Shown here: in pieces, positions 26,732 through 36,129 of the stretch
Layout of the letters: every line of letters starts with the position of its first letter
Position numbering within the stretch: the first letter of the stretch is position 1
Origin: Candidatus Gottesmanbacteria bacterium
GTDB lineage: Bacteria; Patescibacteriota; Microgenomatia; UBA10105; UBA927
NCBI GenBank assembly: GCA_963701185.1
Contig: OY969569.1
Location: forward strand, 447,054 to 511,053
Direction of reading: 5' to 3'
DNA: 64,000 nucleotides
Program-made: the position numbers and the translations under genes
Notes under the pieces: model-generated
The model's database searches: none
Told to the model about the DNA's origin: nothing
The model's input: the letters and a program-made list of their open reading frames with translations, nothing else

Positions 26732-27751
26732 ATGATAAAAAAACTCAATACTGTCCAAAAAGCGTTTTTGGCACTGATTATTGCCAATATCATCTGGGGC
26801 GCGGCTGCGGCAATATTTAAATTAAGTCTCCAAAATATTCCCCCGTTTACCCTGGCCTTCTGGCGGTTTTTCCTGGGTGCTATGTTGATCTTCATCATCA
26901 TCGGCAAAAAAATTTACCTGCCTCTTGCCAATCGGCGCGACGGAATCCTGTTGTTTCTTTACGGATTCTTAGGCATCACCATCAACATCATCTTTTTCTT
27001 TTGGGGATTGAGGCTTACCTTTGCCATCAATTCACCGGTCATATCCAGTGCGCAGCCGATTCTGACATTGTTTTTTGCGCTTCTTTTTTTGCATGAGGTG
27101 TTTAAACTGAAAAAATTTCTCGGCATGATATTGGGAACTCTGGGCATTATCGTCATTGTTATCGAACCGCTGATTCTTCGCGGCGTCGACGGGTCGGTTC
27201 TCGGCAATATCTATCTTGTTATCGCAACTATTGCGGCAGTCGGACAAACGATCGTCGGCAAAAAAATCCTGGGCAAATACAATCCCTGGGCATTTACCTT
27301 CTGGGCATTTCTGGTCGGGGCGGCAAGTTTCCTGCCGCTGGCCTTCTACGAATATGCAACGATCCCTCATGTGTATGCCCTCTTAGATTGGCGCGGGTAC
27401 ACGGGTATCGCATACGGGGCAATTTTCAGCAGTACCCTCGGATACGGATTGTATGCATGGGGCCTGTCAAAAATTTCGGCGACCGATACGGCGATGTTTG
27501 CGTATGTCGATCCGATTGTCGGTACCGTGGCCGGAGCCCTCTTGTTGCATGAACCGATCACCTTCCCCTTTGTCGGCGGAGCCCTTCTCATTTTCTCAGG
27601 GATATTTTTAGCCGAAGGCCGCATCCATTACCATCCGATCCGGAAGTTGATCCAGTTGGGCAAGACCATTGAAGAGGCCGTTTCTGTTCCTCCCCCGCCG
27701 CGTCGTCTGGAGAAAAAGAAAGTGTTAGCTTCAATTTTCGGCAAAACGTGA
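26732..27751 (+). CDS. EamA/DMT family transporter
   Basis: IWG, RF, two EamA repeats, L.HE. Confidence 0.9.
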   Translation: MIKKLNTVQKAFLALIIANIIWGAAAAIFKLSLQNIPPFTLAFWRFFLGAMLIFIIIGKKIYLPLANRRDGILLFLYGFLGITINIIFFFWGLRLTFAINSPVISSAQPILTLFFALLFLHEVFKLKKFLGMILGTLGIIVIVIEPLILRGVDGSVLGNIYLVIATIAAVGQTIVGKKILGKYNPWAFTFWAFLVGAASFLPLAFYEYATIPHVYALLDWRGYTGIAYGAIFSSTLGYGLYAWGLSKISATDTAMFAYVDPIVGTVAGALLLHEPITFPFVGGALLIFSGIFLAEGRIHYHPIRKLIQLGKTIEEAVSVPPPPRRLEKKKVLASIFGKT

Positions 27752-27766
27752 TATAATAAGCATCTC

Positions 27767-28075
27767 ATGAAAACAACTATTCATCCTCAATGGTATCCTG
27801 ATGCGGTTGTGACGTGTGCCTGCGGCAACCGGTTTACGGTAGGCGCAACCAAGCCGGAGCTGCGCGTGGAAATCTGTGCCAAATGCCACCCCTTTTTCAC
27901 CGGCGAAATGAAGTTCGTCGATACGATGGGGCGCGTGGAACGGTTTCAGACCAAAGTCAAAGCCGCTGCGGCACAATCGACCGTCCTGGCTGCACGAAAG
28001 AAAAAGAAACAGGAACGCGAGTCGCAGCTGCGCAACCCCAAATCCCTCAAAGACATGTTGATGGGGTTAAAATAG
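27767..28075 (+). CDS. rpmE: 50S ribosomal protein L31
   Basis: IHP.W, CACGN, C..CHPFFTG, GRVERF. Confidence 0.97.
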   Translation: MKTTIHPQWYPDAVVTCACGNRFTVGATKPELRVEICAKCHPFFTGEMKFVDTMGRVERFQTKVKAAAAQSTVLAARKKKKQERESQLRNPKSLKDMLMGLK

Positions 28076-28077
28076 AT

Positions 28078-28169
28078 CCTTTCAATTTCCAATTTTTAAT
28101 TTTCAATCAATTGCCAATTTTTCAATGTTTGAAAATTTATTGTAAATTGTAAATTGATAATTAATAATT
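28078..28169. repeat. AT-rich 7-bp-period degenerate repeat tract with inverted halves
   Basis: CAATTTT-like units followed by AAATTGT AAATTGA TAATTAA units. Confidence 0.6.
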
Positions 28170-28868
28170 ATGAATCAAGATGTTGCAATTATGGAATTCC
28201 GGCCGGGTCCCGGCGGCGAGGAAGCCCGTCATTGGGCTGCCGATCTCATGCGCATGTACATCCGCTATGGGAACATTTCCGGCTGGAAAATCGAACAGCT
28301 CTCCGATACTGCCATCCGCGTCCGCGGACAGGGAGTTTTTACCAAATTACAGTATGAGGCGGGTACACACCGCGTCCAGCGGGTCCCCTCCACGGAACGG
28401 TCGGGGCGTATCCACACGTCTACCGCGACAGTAGCAGTGCTGCCGGAAATCCCTGAAACAGACGTATATATCCGTCCCGAAGATATTGAGTGGGATTTTT
28501 TCAGAAGCGGCGGCAAGGGCGGACAAAACGTCAATAAAGTAAGCTCCGCGGCCCGCATCCGCCACAAACCGACCGGCATCGTCGTCTCCGCACAGACCGA
28601 GCGCGACCAGTACCAAAACCGTCAGGTGGCTCTGTCTATGCTTCGCGCCAAACTTTGGGAACTTGAAGAAACAAAGACAGCCGCAACACTCGGGGCGGCC
28701 CGCAGTATCATCGGCCGCGGGATGCGCGCCGAAAAGATCCGAACGTACAATTTTCCGCAAAACCGCGTGACTGACCACCGGATCGGGAAATCCTGGCACA
28801 ATCTGGACGACATTATCGAGGGGAAAATGGGGAAAATCACCGAGGCGCTACTGACCTCTCAGGTATAA
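28170..28868 (+). CDS. prfA: Peptide chain release factor 1 (short form)
   Basis: EAGTHRVQRVPSTE (PxT), RIHTS, GGQ, KIRTYNFPQNRVTDHRI. Follows rpmE. Confidence 0.9.
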   Translation: MNQDVAIMEFRPGPGGEEARHWAADLMRMYIRYGNISGWKIEQLSDTAIRVRGQGVFTKLQYEAGTHRVQRVPSTERSGRIHTSTATVAVLPEIPETDVYIRPEDIEWDFFRSGGKGGQNVNKVSSAARIRHKPTGIVVSAQTERDQYQNRQVALSMLRAKLWELEETKTAATLGAARSIIGRGMRAEKIRTYNFPQNRVTDHRIGKSWHNLDDIIEGKMGKITEALLTSQV

Positions 28869-28869
28869 C

Positions 28870-29568
28870 ATGGTACGACTTGTCACGTACAACATCCATT
28901 TTGGAAAACGTCTCATTGATATTATTTCCTGGATAAACAGACAGACAGATGCCGATATTATCTGCCTGCAGGAATTTCCGGAACATCGCATTTCCGACTG
29001 TATGCCAATAATTCAGAACGGCGTATATGATTACCGCTTTGCTCCTTCTTTACATCGCCGCAAAAAAGTGTACGGTCAACTTACGATGTTCCGAAAAAAC
29101 CGGGTACAGCTGATATCAGCGTCCACACTCCCTCTCACGTCCACTCGGCTAGACCGGCTTTCCTTCGGACACGCGTCACGCAGAAGCTGTCTTTTCACAA
29201 AGTTCCGGATTCAACGGAAAAAATTCATCGTTGCTAATATTCAGCTGTCATGTCTTGCATCAAACAGCCTCAGGTATTCACAACTCCGGCACATTATTCA
29301 TGCGCTTAAAACAACATCTATTTCCCATATTATTGCAGGTGATTTTAATGTGTCCAGTCTCTTGGGCAGAAAAAAACTGTTTATGCTTATGAAAAACAGC
29401 CTGTATGAAACGGTCGAAAACCGTATGGCGACACACCGGCTTATGATCATTAAGCACCAGACGGATTATGTATTTGCAAAAAAATGCAGAGTGCAGAAAA
29501 TCAGTGTAGAGAGAATCCGCTTCTCCGACCATTATCCCGTGACTGCGGACATTCTTCTATCGCAGTAA
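28870..29568 (+). CDS. Endonuclease/exonuclease/phosphatase family protein
   Basis: TYNI, DIICLQE, AGDFN, DY, SDHYP. Confidence 0.9.
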   Translation: MVRLVTYNIHFGKRLIDIISWINRQTDADIICLQEFPEHRISDCMPIIQNGVYDYRFAPSLHRRKKVYGQLTMFRKNRVQLISASTLPLTSTRLDRLSFGHASRRSCLFTKFRIQRKKFIVANIQLSCLASNSLRYSQLRHIIHALKTTSISHIIAGDFNVSSLLGRKKLFMLMKNSLYETVENRMATHRLMIIKHQTDYVFAKKCRVQKISVERIRFSDHYPVTADILLSQ

Positions 29569-30822
29569 CAGGTCGACGGCCTTTTCCAGTTGGGCATCGG
29601 CAGTGGCAACGGTGGTCATATCCGTCGTAATGAGAACATCCGGCGTGATGCCTTTTTTGCTGATCGAATCGCCGCGGGGCAAGAGCCACTTGCCGGTCGT
29701 GATATGGACGCTTGAACCGTCCGCTAAATCTTCCGGCGTCTGGACCGATCCTTTACCGAATGACGTTTCCCCGACCAACGTTGCACGCTTATAGTCCCGA
29801 AGGGCCCCGGAAACAATCTCCGCAGCAGAGGCGCTCCCTTTATTAATAAGCACAACCATGGGGATTGTCAGCAGTCTCCCCTGCCGGTTGACGGGATAGT
29901 CCTCTTTCGTGCCGTCGCTGTTGACCTGCGAGACCACCGTCCCGTTTTTGATAAATTCGCTTGCGATGTAGACAGCCCCTTCCAAATACCCTCCGGGGTT
30001 ATTGCGCAAATCCAAAATGAGTCCGTTCACGGAATTCCCTTTGGCGAGCACGTCGCCGACTGCCTTTTCCCATTCTGCGTTTGTATGATCGCCGAATTGC
30101 GACAACTGGATGTATGCGACTTCCCCGTTTTTCGGCAATTTTTTGGCGGCTTCAACGCCGGCGATTTCCGTAATGTCAGCAACGGGTTTTATCCACCAGA
30201 CCACCGAAGGAACGGTGATGGTATTGCGGACGATAGAAATATCCACCGGGCTGCCGTCATTGGGATGAAGGATGGTGAGTTTCACGGTCGTCCCTTTCGG
30301 GCCGCGGATTTTATTTACCGCCTGCTGGATGGTCCATCCGCTTGTGTCCTCGCTGTCTACCTTCATAATATAATCACCGGAAATAATTCCTGCCGCTTCC
30401 GCAGGCGTACCCTTGAGGGGTGCAATCACCATGACGCGGCTGTCTTTCATGCCCAGTTGTGCGCCGATCCCCTCAAACGCCCCGCCCAGGTTTTCCTTAA
30501 ACTCTTTGTTGTCCTTCGGGGGAAGGTACGTCGTGTACGGATCGCCGAGAGCACCTACCATGCCGGAAATAGCGCCCCATACCATTTTCTGCGGGTCAAT
30601 CGTCGCCCGGTCTATGTAGGACCGGTTAATCCGCTGCCACACATCCCAAAACAGGGAAAAATCCACATTGACGGAAGCGGGTGCATGTTGATTGACGATA
30701 ATCCGTTTGTCGGCAGATAACGTAACGGAAGTTTTCCGTTCACCCAGACGATACCCGATACCTCCCGTGAGGATGCTGATGGCGGCAATGATGACAAACA
30801 GCCGGATTTTTGAAAATTGCAT
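29557..30822 (-). CDS. ctpA: S41 carboxyl-terminal processing protease
   Basis: DPYT, PDZ (GIGA), DLRNNPGG, SASAAEI, GKGSVQ. Confidence 0.93.
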   Translation of the reverse strand: MQFSKIRLFVIIAAISILTGGIGYRLGERKTSVTLSADKRIIVNQHAPASVNVDFSLFWDVWQRINRSYIDRATIDPQKMVWGAISGMVGALGDPYTTYLPPKDNKEFKENLGGAFEGIGAQLGMKDSRVMVIAPLKGTPAEAAGIISGDYIMKVDSEDTSGWTIQQAVNKIRGPKGTTVKLTILHPNDGSPVDISIVRNTITVPSVVWWIKPVADITEIAGVEAAKKLPKNGEVAYIQLSQFGDHTNAEWEKAVGDVLAKGNSVNGLILDLRNNPGGYLEGAVYIASEFIKNGTVVSQVNSDGTKEDYPVNRQGRLLTIPMVVLINKGSASAAEIVSGALRDYKRATLVGETSFGKGSVQTPEDLADGSSVHITTGKWLLPRGDSISKKGITPDVLITTDMTTVATADAQLEKAVDLLLR

Positions 30823-30834
30823 GTTTCTATTCTC

Positions 30835-31077
30835 TCATGCGCGGACGACAAATGGAAGGAGGGCGACCAATCTCGCGCGCTTGACGGCCGCGGTAATCTC
30901 CCGCTGATGGCGCGCGCATAACCCCGTCCGGGCGCGGCTTAACAGTTTAGCCCGTTCGGTTATATATTTATTCAACGTGCCGATATCTTTGTAATCCGGC
31001 TCTGTCTTATTTGCACAGAACGGACAATTTTTTGCTACCGGCCGCTCACGTCTTTTATCAAATCTTCGTTTCATCAT
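30835..31077 (-). CDS. rpsR: 30S ribosomal protein S18
   Basis: CPFC, DYKD, TGLCA.HQR, KRAR..ALLPF. Confidence 0.97.
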   Translation of the reverse strand: MMKRRFDKRRERPVAKNCPFCANKTEPDYKDIGTLNKYITERAKLLSRARTGLCARHQREITAAVKRARLVALLPFVVRA

Positions 31078-31086
31078 ATATTTTTA

Positions 31087-31566
31087 TTAAAACGGTATAT
31101 CGTCAGGATTCACTTCTTCCGACGGCACATCTTTCTTTACTTCCGGCTTGCCCTCCGTAGCTTTAGCGATGGAGGGTTGGGCAATCGTCGTCGCACTTTC
31201 CCCTGCTTCCCCTCCTGCTACGACCGGCCTTCGAGGATCCAAAATAATCATATCCTCGATAACAACTTCCGTCGTACTTCTGGGCTGACCGTCTGCCGTC
31301 TGCCACGCGTTCGTCCGCAGCCGCCCCTCAACGTATATCTTTCTTCCTTTCACCAAAAGCTGACTGCAGAGTTCCGCGAGTTTGTTCCACGCAACGACCC
31401 GATGAAACTCCGTTTCTTCCTTCTTCTCGCCTGCTTCCGTCGTCCATGCACGGTTGGTGGCCAAACCGATGGTACATACGGCTGCCCCTGTCGGGGTATA
31501 CCGCAATTCCGGATCACGGGTCAAATTACCAATGAGCTGTACTTTATTCAGACTTCGTGATGACAT
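31087..31566 (-). CDS. ssb: Single-stranded DNA-binding protein
   Basis: NKVQLIGNLTRDPELRYT, VEGRL, DDIPF tail. Confidence 0.98.
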   Translation of the reverse strand: MSSRSLNKVQLIGNLTRDPELRYTPTGAAVCTIGLATNRAWTTEAGEKKEETEFHRVVAWNKLAELCSQLLVKGRKIYVEGRLRTNAWQTADGQPRSTTEVVIEDMIILDPRRPVVAGGEAGESATTIAQPSIAKATEGKPEVKKDVPSEEVNPDDIPF

Positions 31567-31569
31567 ATG

Positions 31570-31848
31570 CTACTCCTTTACCGTGAGCAGGAATCGCAGT
31601 ACATCCGTGCCTTGTGTAATCTGTTTTTCAAATCCGCCGATATCCATGGCTGAGCCGGTAATGATGGCCACAACATACACGCCTTCCGTTTGTTTTTTAA
31701 TCGGATACGCAAGCCGCTTTTTCCCCATGACCGTCAGTTCTTTGATTTTTCTGTCTCCGATGAGTTTTTCGACCAAACTCCGCGCCGGCTTTTCTTCAAT
31801 CCCAAAATCCGGCCGGATGACCAACATAAGCTCGTAGACTCGCTGCAT
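31570..31848 (-). CDS. rpsF: 30S ribosomal protein S6
   Basis: YELM...RP, G.KRLAYPI, VLRFL. rpsF-ssb-rpsR order. Confidence 0.95.
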   Translation of the reverse strand: MQRVYELMLVIRPDFGIEEKPARSLVEKLIGDRKIKELTVMGKKRLAYPIKKQTEGVYVVAIITGSAMDIGGFEKQITQGTDVLRFLLTVKE

Positions 31849-31862
31849 AGAGGCTAATAGTA

Positions 31863-32882
31863 TCATGTTCCGACCTTAAATTCAACGATGTCCCCGTTCC
31901 GCATGACGTACTCTTTGCCCTCAACCCGAACTTTTCCTAACTCGCGCGCACGCTTCCAACCCCCGACTGCAACGAAATCAGCGTAGGATATGCAATCGGC
32001 TTTGATGAACTTCTTCTCAAAATCCGTATGGATAACACCGGCGGCGGCGGGTGCTTTCATGCCGTTTTCAATGGTCCAGGCGCGCGCCTCAATAACTCCC
32101 GTGGTCAAAAATGAGATAAGCCCCAGCATGTCGTAGGCTTTTTGGATCAGCCGGTCGAGTCCCGACGCCTCCAGCCCGAGCGATTTCAGGTATTCTTTCT
32201 GGTCGGCCTCCGATAATCCCGCTAATTGCGCTTCCGTTTCCGCACAGATGGCAAGCATGTCGTTTTTCTCGCTTAATTGACTCTCCGATACGTTAGCAAC
32301 ATACATCACGGGTTTCATGGTTAAGAGTTGGAGATCCCGTATTTCTTCCGGATCAACGGCAACATCTTTTGCAAGTTTCCCATGATTTAATTCTTCGATA
32401 AGTTTACTCACCCCCGCTGTTTTTATCTTCTGTTTTTCCAATGTCTGCAAATCCGCGAGTATCAGTTCCGTTTCCACAATTTCCCGATCCCGCGCCGGAT
32501 CTATATCCCCCATCACATGAACGATGTCCGGTTCCGGAAAAAACCGCATAAGATGACAAATAATATGCACCTCGCGGATGTGGGCAAGAAATTTGTTCCC
32601 CAGTCCCTGGCCCTCCGATGCCCCCTTCACCAGTCCCGCAATATCCACAAACTCGACGGTCGCCGGCCGCAGCGGCGGCAGTTTGTCCATTTTTTCTTCA
32701 GACTTTGTGATTTCAGCAAGGCGCGCCAGCCGCGCGTCGGGCACCGGAACCACACCCACGTTGGGTTCAATCGTTGCAAACGGGTAATTGGCCGCAAACG
32801 CCACCTGCTTTTTGAGAAGCGCATTAAACAGCGTCGACTTCCCCACATTCGCCAACCCCACAATGCCTATTTTCAAATTCAT
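31863..32882 (-). CDS. ychF: Redox-regulated ATPase YchF
   Basis: GIVGL.NVGKSTLFN, NYPF.TIEPN, DIAGLV, GLGNKFL, IHTDF. Confidence 0.97.
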   Translation of the reverse strand: MNLKIGIVGLANVGKSTLFNALLKKQVAFAANYPFATIEPNVGVVPVPDARLARLAEITKSEEKMDKLPPLRPATVEFVDIAGLVKGASEGQGLGNKFLAHIREVHIICHLMRFFPEPDIVHVMGDIDPARDREIVETELILADLQTLEKQKIKTAGVSKLIEELNHGKLAKDVAVDPEEIRDLQLLTMKPVMYVANVSESQLSEKNDMLAICAETEAQLAGLSEADQKEYLKSLGLEASGLDRLIQKAYDMLGLISFLTTGVIEARAWTIENGMKAPAAAGVIHTDFEKKFIKADCISYADFVAVGGWKRARELGKVRVEGKEYVMRNGDIVEFKVGT

Positions 32883-32885
32883 ATG

Positions 32886-32914
32886 TTGACAATGTATTTA
32901 CAAAATTCTATACT
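32886..32914 (+). promoter_or_regulatory. Near-consensus sigma70 promoter with no downstream CDS
   Basis: TTGACA-17 nt-TATACT. Confidence 0.75.
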
Positions 32915-32920
32915 ATGTGT

Positions 32921-32964
32921 ACAAAAGACGAGGGAGAGACCGTAAGGCTCGAGCTCGTTTTTTT
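32921..32964 (+). ncRNA. Candidate ~45-nt hairpin RNA convergent on the DUF3800-like gene
   Basis: GACGAG-GGA-GAG-A-CC-GUAA-GG-CUC-GAG-CUCGUU-U tract directly after the promoter. Confidence 0.55.
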
Positions 32965-33760
32965 ACGATTTTGGAACAACGCAAAACGGATCAATTGCTT
33001 CATAAAGTTTCATTTTCGTTTCTTTTGCAAATTTTGGCTTCTGAAATAACTTACGATCCAATATCCGAATTATACGATCTTCGTACGTACCTACTTTATA
33101 TGTTGCTTTACCTGACTGACGTAAATATCTACATCGCGCCGCAAAGGCAAATAAATCGGCGAGCTCTTCTTCTATATCAGAATTGTTTTTCGTCACAAAA
33201 GAAATAGATGTAATCATCGACTGAACTTTACGATAATCGATCGCAAATTCCGTTGCGCCGGGAGAAAGAAAATATGAGAATTCCCGAAGATAATATTGAT
33301 CTCGTTCAGACGTAGCTGATTCAATCGTAATCTTCCCGTGATCGCCCCCCAAACCAAGTAACCAAACGATAAAATGATAAAACAATCGATGGGCGGTTTC
33401 TTGCACAATTTTCGTGCCGTTCCATCCCTCCGTCCTCGCTACTTGTTTATCTGCAACGACGACGAAAATAGTAAATCTAAATTCGTTTAGAAGGAGAAAC
33501 AAATCATGCAAAAATTCTGCGTATCGTGCTTTTTGTTTATTAAACTGTTCATACTCTTCAATCCGTAAGCCAATATCACGAGAATGAAATAAAATGTTCG
33601 TTCGTCCCCAATATTTAAACTTAATCTGATCAGCACGCGTTTTAATCGCTAATCGCTGATCCCTTTCTACAGCGCAACCACAAAGAATATAAATTTCTGT
33701 TTTTTTATCTAATGGATTTGCTACTCCTGATTCATCAACAAATAAATCGTACTGTTTCAT
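32963..33760 (-). CDS. DUF3800-like (RNase H-fold) protein
   Basis: LFVDESG, FHSRD, ELADLFA. AT-rich relative to neighbours. Confidence 0.8.
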   Translation of the reverse strand: MKQYDLFVDESGVANPLDKKTEIYILCGCAVERDQRLAIKTRADQIKFKYWGRTNILFHSRDIGLRIEEYEQFNKQKARYAEFLHDLFLLLNEFRFTIFVVVADKQVARTEGWNGTKIVQETAHRLFYHFIVWLLGLGGDHGKITIESATSERDQYYLREFSYFLSPGATEFAIDYRKVQSMITSISFVTKNNSDIEEELADLFAFAARCRYLRQSGKATYKVGTYEDRIIRILDRKLFQKPKFAKETKMKLYEAIDPFCVVPKS

Positions 33761-33824
33761 GCCTGAATTGTAACATAATCATCCCACAAAAGAACACCAA
33801 TGATGGGTGTGATAGGATAGATTT

Positions 33825-34472
33825 ATGAAGCGCGCGGGTGGGTATGCGGTACTCCTATTACTCCTTGCCTCTCTTGGCCTCAACGGGTACCTTGTTGCCT
33901 CCCAACAAAAATCCACTAGGGTCGCCGACGTTCATGACGGCGATACGTTTACGCTCAAAAATGGCGAACGGGTCCGGCTTTTGGGCGCCGATGCGCCGGA
34001 GTTAGGCAAATGCGGCTCCGACGAAGCAAAACAAAAACTCTCATCCCTGGTTCTCGGAAAATCCGTCCGTATTACGGAAGAAAAACGGGATACCTACGGC
34101 AGACGGATGGGATTGGTGTGGGCGGGAGTGACACTGGTGAACGAAGAATTATTAAAAAGCGGTTTTGCCCGCCCGGACTACACCCCCAGTACCCAAAATA
34201 ATCGACTGAAGGCGGCGTACAGGGATGCAACGGAGAACAACCGCGGCATCCATTCGTCCCTGTGCAAACAAGTTTCCCCCACTCCACCGAATCCAAACTG
34301 CACCATCAAAGGAAATATCGACAAAGCAACATGGACCCATTATTACCATTTGCCAAATTGCCGCCATTACAATCAGATCGTTTTGGACGCGGACATGGGG
34401 GAACAATTCTTCTGTTCCGAAAAAGAAGCCAAGGCCGCGGGATTCACCCTCGCCCCGGATTGTTTGCGGTAG
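33825..34472 (+). CDS. Thermonuclease (SNase) family protein
   Basis: V.DGDT, VRLLG.DAPE, D.YGR, C-terminal C.IKGNI...YH.P...FCSE.EA..AGF. Confidence 0.92.
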   Translation: MKRAGGYAVLLLLLASLGLNGYLVASQQKSTRVADVHDGDTFTLKNGERVRLLGADAPELGKCGSDEAKQKLSSLVLGKSVRITEEKRDTYGRRMGLVWAGVTLVNEELLKSGFARPDYTPSTQNNRLKAAYRDATENNRGIHSSLCKQVSPTPPNPNCTIKGNIDKATWTHYYHLPNCRHYNQIVLDADMGEQFFCSEKEAKAAGFTLAPDCLR

Positions 34473-34474
34473 AG

Positions 34475-35569
34475 CTATGCTTTTCGTTTCCCGAAATTCA
34501 TGACCATGCCGCCCAGCCCCCAGAGGGTAGCGATACTGGATACGAAAAATCCGAGAATCGGAACAGCGGCCAACAGTTCAATAATGATGACGCCGACAAG
34601 AACCTGCAGGTATAGCCCTGATTTTGTCCTGCCAAGCGCAATCAACAGCTTGTCCCCGACAATCACCGCAACATAAACTCTCGATACGACAATCATAAAC
34701 GCAAAGATAATACCCAGAATAATCGCGACCGGTATGCCGATGAGGGTAATGGCTACCATCATGATGGCAATCGGAGCCGCGATGATCGTGAGAAACCCGA
34801 CGAATCCGTCAAACCAGGGGCGCGCCAACATCTGTGACACAATCCTCTGTGTCTTTTCCCGTGAGATAAGAACAACGAACGCACCAACGATGAGATAGAA
34901 AATCATGGATCCTATTGCACGCGCCGGCCACGGGTTTACTTTAGGCGTCAATTTTTTTGCAGTTAACGGTTTCTGTTCCAGTTTTTTTGAAATGATGTGC
35001 GAAACCTTTCCCGTTATTGCCGCGCCCGTCGCTTCCGATGCTGCAGTCGGGCTGGTGTAAGTAAAATTTCCCCCTATTCGCGCTTTTTCACCCAACGAAA
35101 TAGATTCAGCAGCTGCATTCACGTCCCCGCCGATAAAATTATTCAGACGGATCGATTGTCCGGCGGCCATTAGTTCTCCGGTAACCGCTGCCTCGGGAGA
35201 AACGGTTATCGTTTGACCGGCAACAACCACATTCCGTTTCACGGGAGCAGAAATGGTCAGCAGCTGTCCGATGGAACGGATATTCCCGCCGACCGTGCCG
35301 CCAACATCAAGAGTTTGTCCCGCACACAGGACATCACCGGTAACCGTGCCCCGCACGATAATCGTTTGTCCGGCGCAGTACAGATCGCCGTTAATCGTTC
35401 CGTCGATAACCACTGAATTGCCGGCGGCCAAAAGCGACCCTTTGATAACCGTATCTTTGGGAACGGTGATATCGCTTCCCTGCCGTACCTCAAATGCGTG
35501 AACCGGAGTGAGCGACGCGGCGCCAAAGAGGAATACGATAAAAAAGAAGAAAAGGGTTTTCAGTTTCAT
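34475..35569 (-). CDS. Bactofilin-like beta-helix repeat membrane protein
   Basis: Signal peptide, repeated I.G.V.GD...AG units, C-terminal TM helices. Confidence 0.8.
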   Translation of the reverse strand: MKLKTLFFFFIVFLFGAASLTPVHAFEVRQGSDITVPKDTVIKGSLLAAGNSVVIDGTINGDLYCAGQTIIVRGTVTGDVLCAGQTLDVGGTVGGNIRSIGQLLTISAPVKRNVVVAGQTITVSPEAAVTGELMAAGQSIRLNNFIGGDVNAAAESISLGEKARIGGNFTYTSPTAASEATGAAITGKVSHIISKKLEQKPLTAKKLTPKVNPWPARAIGSMIFYLIVGAFVVLISREKTQRIVSQMLARPWFDGFVGFLTIIAAPIAIMMVAITLIGIPVAIILGIIFAFMIVVSRVYVAVIVGDKLLIALGRTKSGLYLQVLVGVIIIELLAAVPILGFFVSSIATLWGLGGMVMNFGKRKA

Positions 35570-35594
35570 ATACTTAAACTATACCACTCTTTGT

Positions 35595-36059
35595 TTACTT
35601 TTCAAGCGTCCGATAGATGTAGTGGATTCCGTTTTCTTCGTGCGGTGACTCCTCTATCACCTTCGTAAACCGCGCGTAGTCGGGGAAAAATGTGTCCGCC
35701 AGCGGGGCGACGGCATCAACGACAGTCAAATACAATCTGTCTGCTTTGGTAATCGCCTGAGCGTACACCGATCCCCCGCCGATGACAAAAATCTCGGGAT
35801 CGTTTCCCGCACGGGCTATCGCCTCATCAAGCGATGGGACGACGGTAACACCCGGTATGGTCTTTTGATGGGATATGACGATATTTAGCCGGTTCGGCAG
35901 AGGATGCCCGATGGATTCAAAAGTTTTCCGTCCCATGATCACCGGATGACCTTTTGTAATTTGTCGAAACCGCTTCAGGTCGCCTGGGAGATTCCATAAG
36001 AGATGATTATCTTTCCCTAACTCCCGGTTTTTTCCGATCACTGCAATGATTGAGATCAT
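35595..36059 (-). CDS. folA: Dihydrofolate reductase
   Basis: L.W.LP.D, MGRKTFESI, PL.NR.N, IGGG, DTFFP. Confidence 0.97.
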   Translation of the reverse strand: MISIIAVIGKNRELGKDNHLLWNLPGDLKRFRQITKGHPVIMGRKTFESIGHPLPNRLNIVISHQKTIPGVTVVPSLDEAIARAGNDPEIFVIGGGSVYAQAITKADRLYLTVVDAVAPLADTFFPDYARFTKVIEESPHEENGIHYIYRTLEK

Positions 36060-36070
36060 ACTTTTTTCAA

Positions 36071-36098
36071 TATATTACCATGGTACCATGATAATATA
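36071..36098. promoter_or_regulatory. 28-bp near-perfect palindrome TATATTACCATGGTACCATGATAATATA
   Basis: One mismatched pair. 36072-36100 matches 24007-24035 at 25/29 positions. Confidence 0.65.
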
Positions 36099-36129
36099 AG
36101 AATATATTGCCGTATTATTTTTGAAATAA

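Noticed and set aside
32917-33207. Plus-strand 96-aa ORF behind the 32886 promoter
   Set aside because: GTG start only 2 nt after the -10 box, runs through a terminator-like hairpin and is antisense to the DUF3800-like gene.
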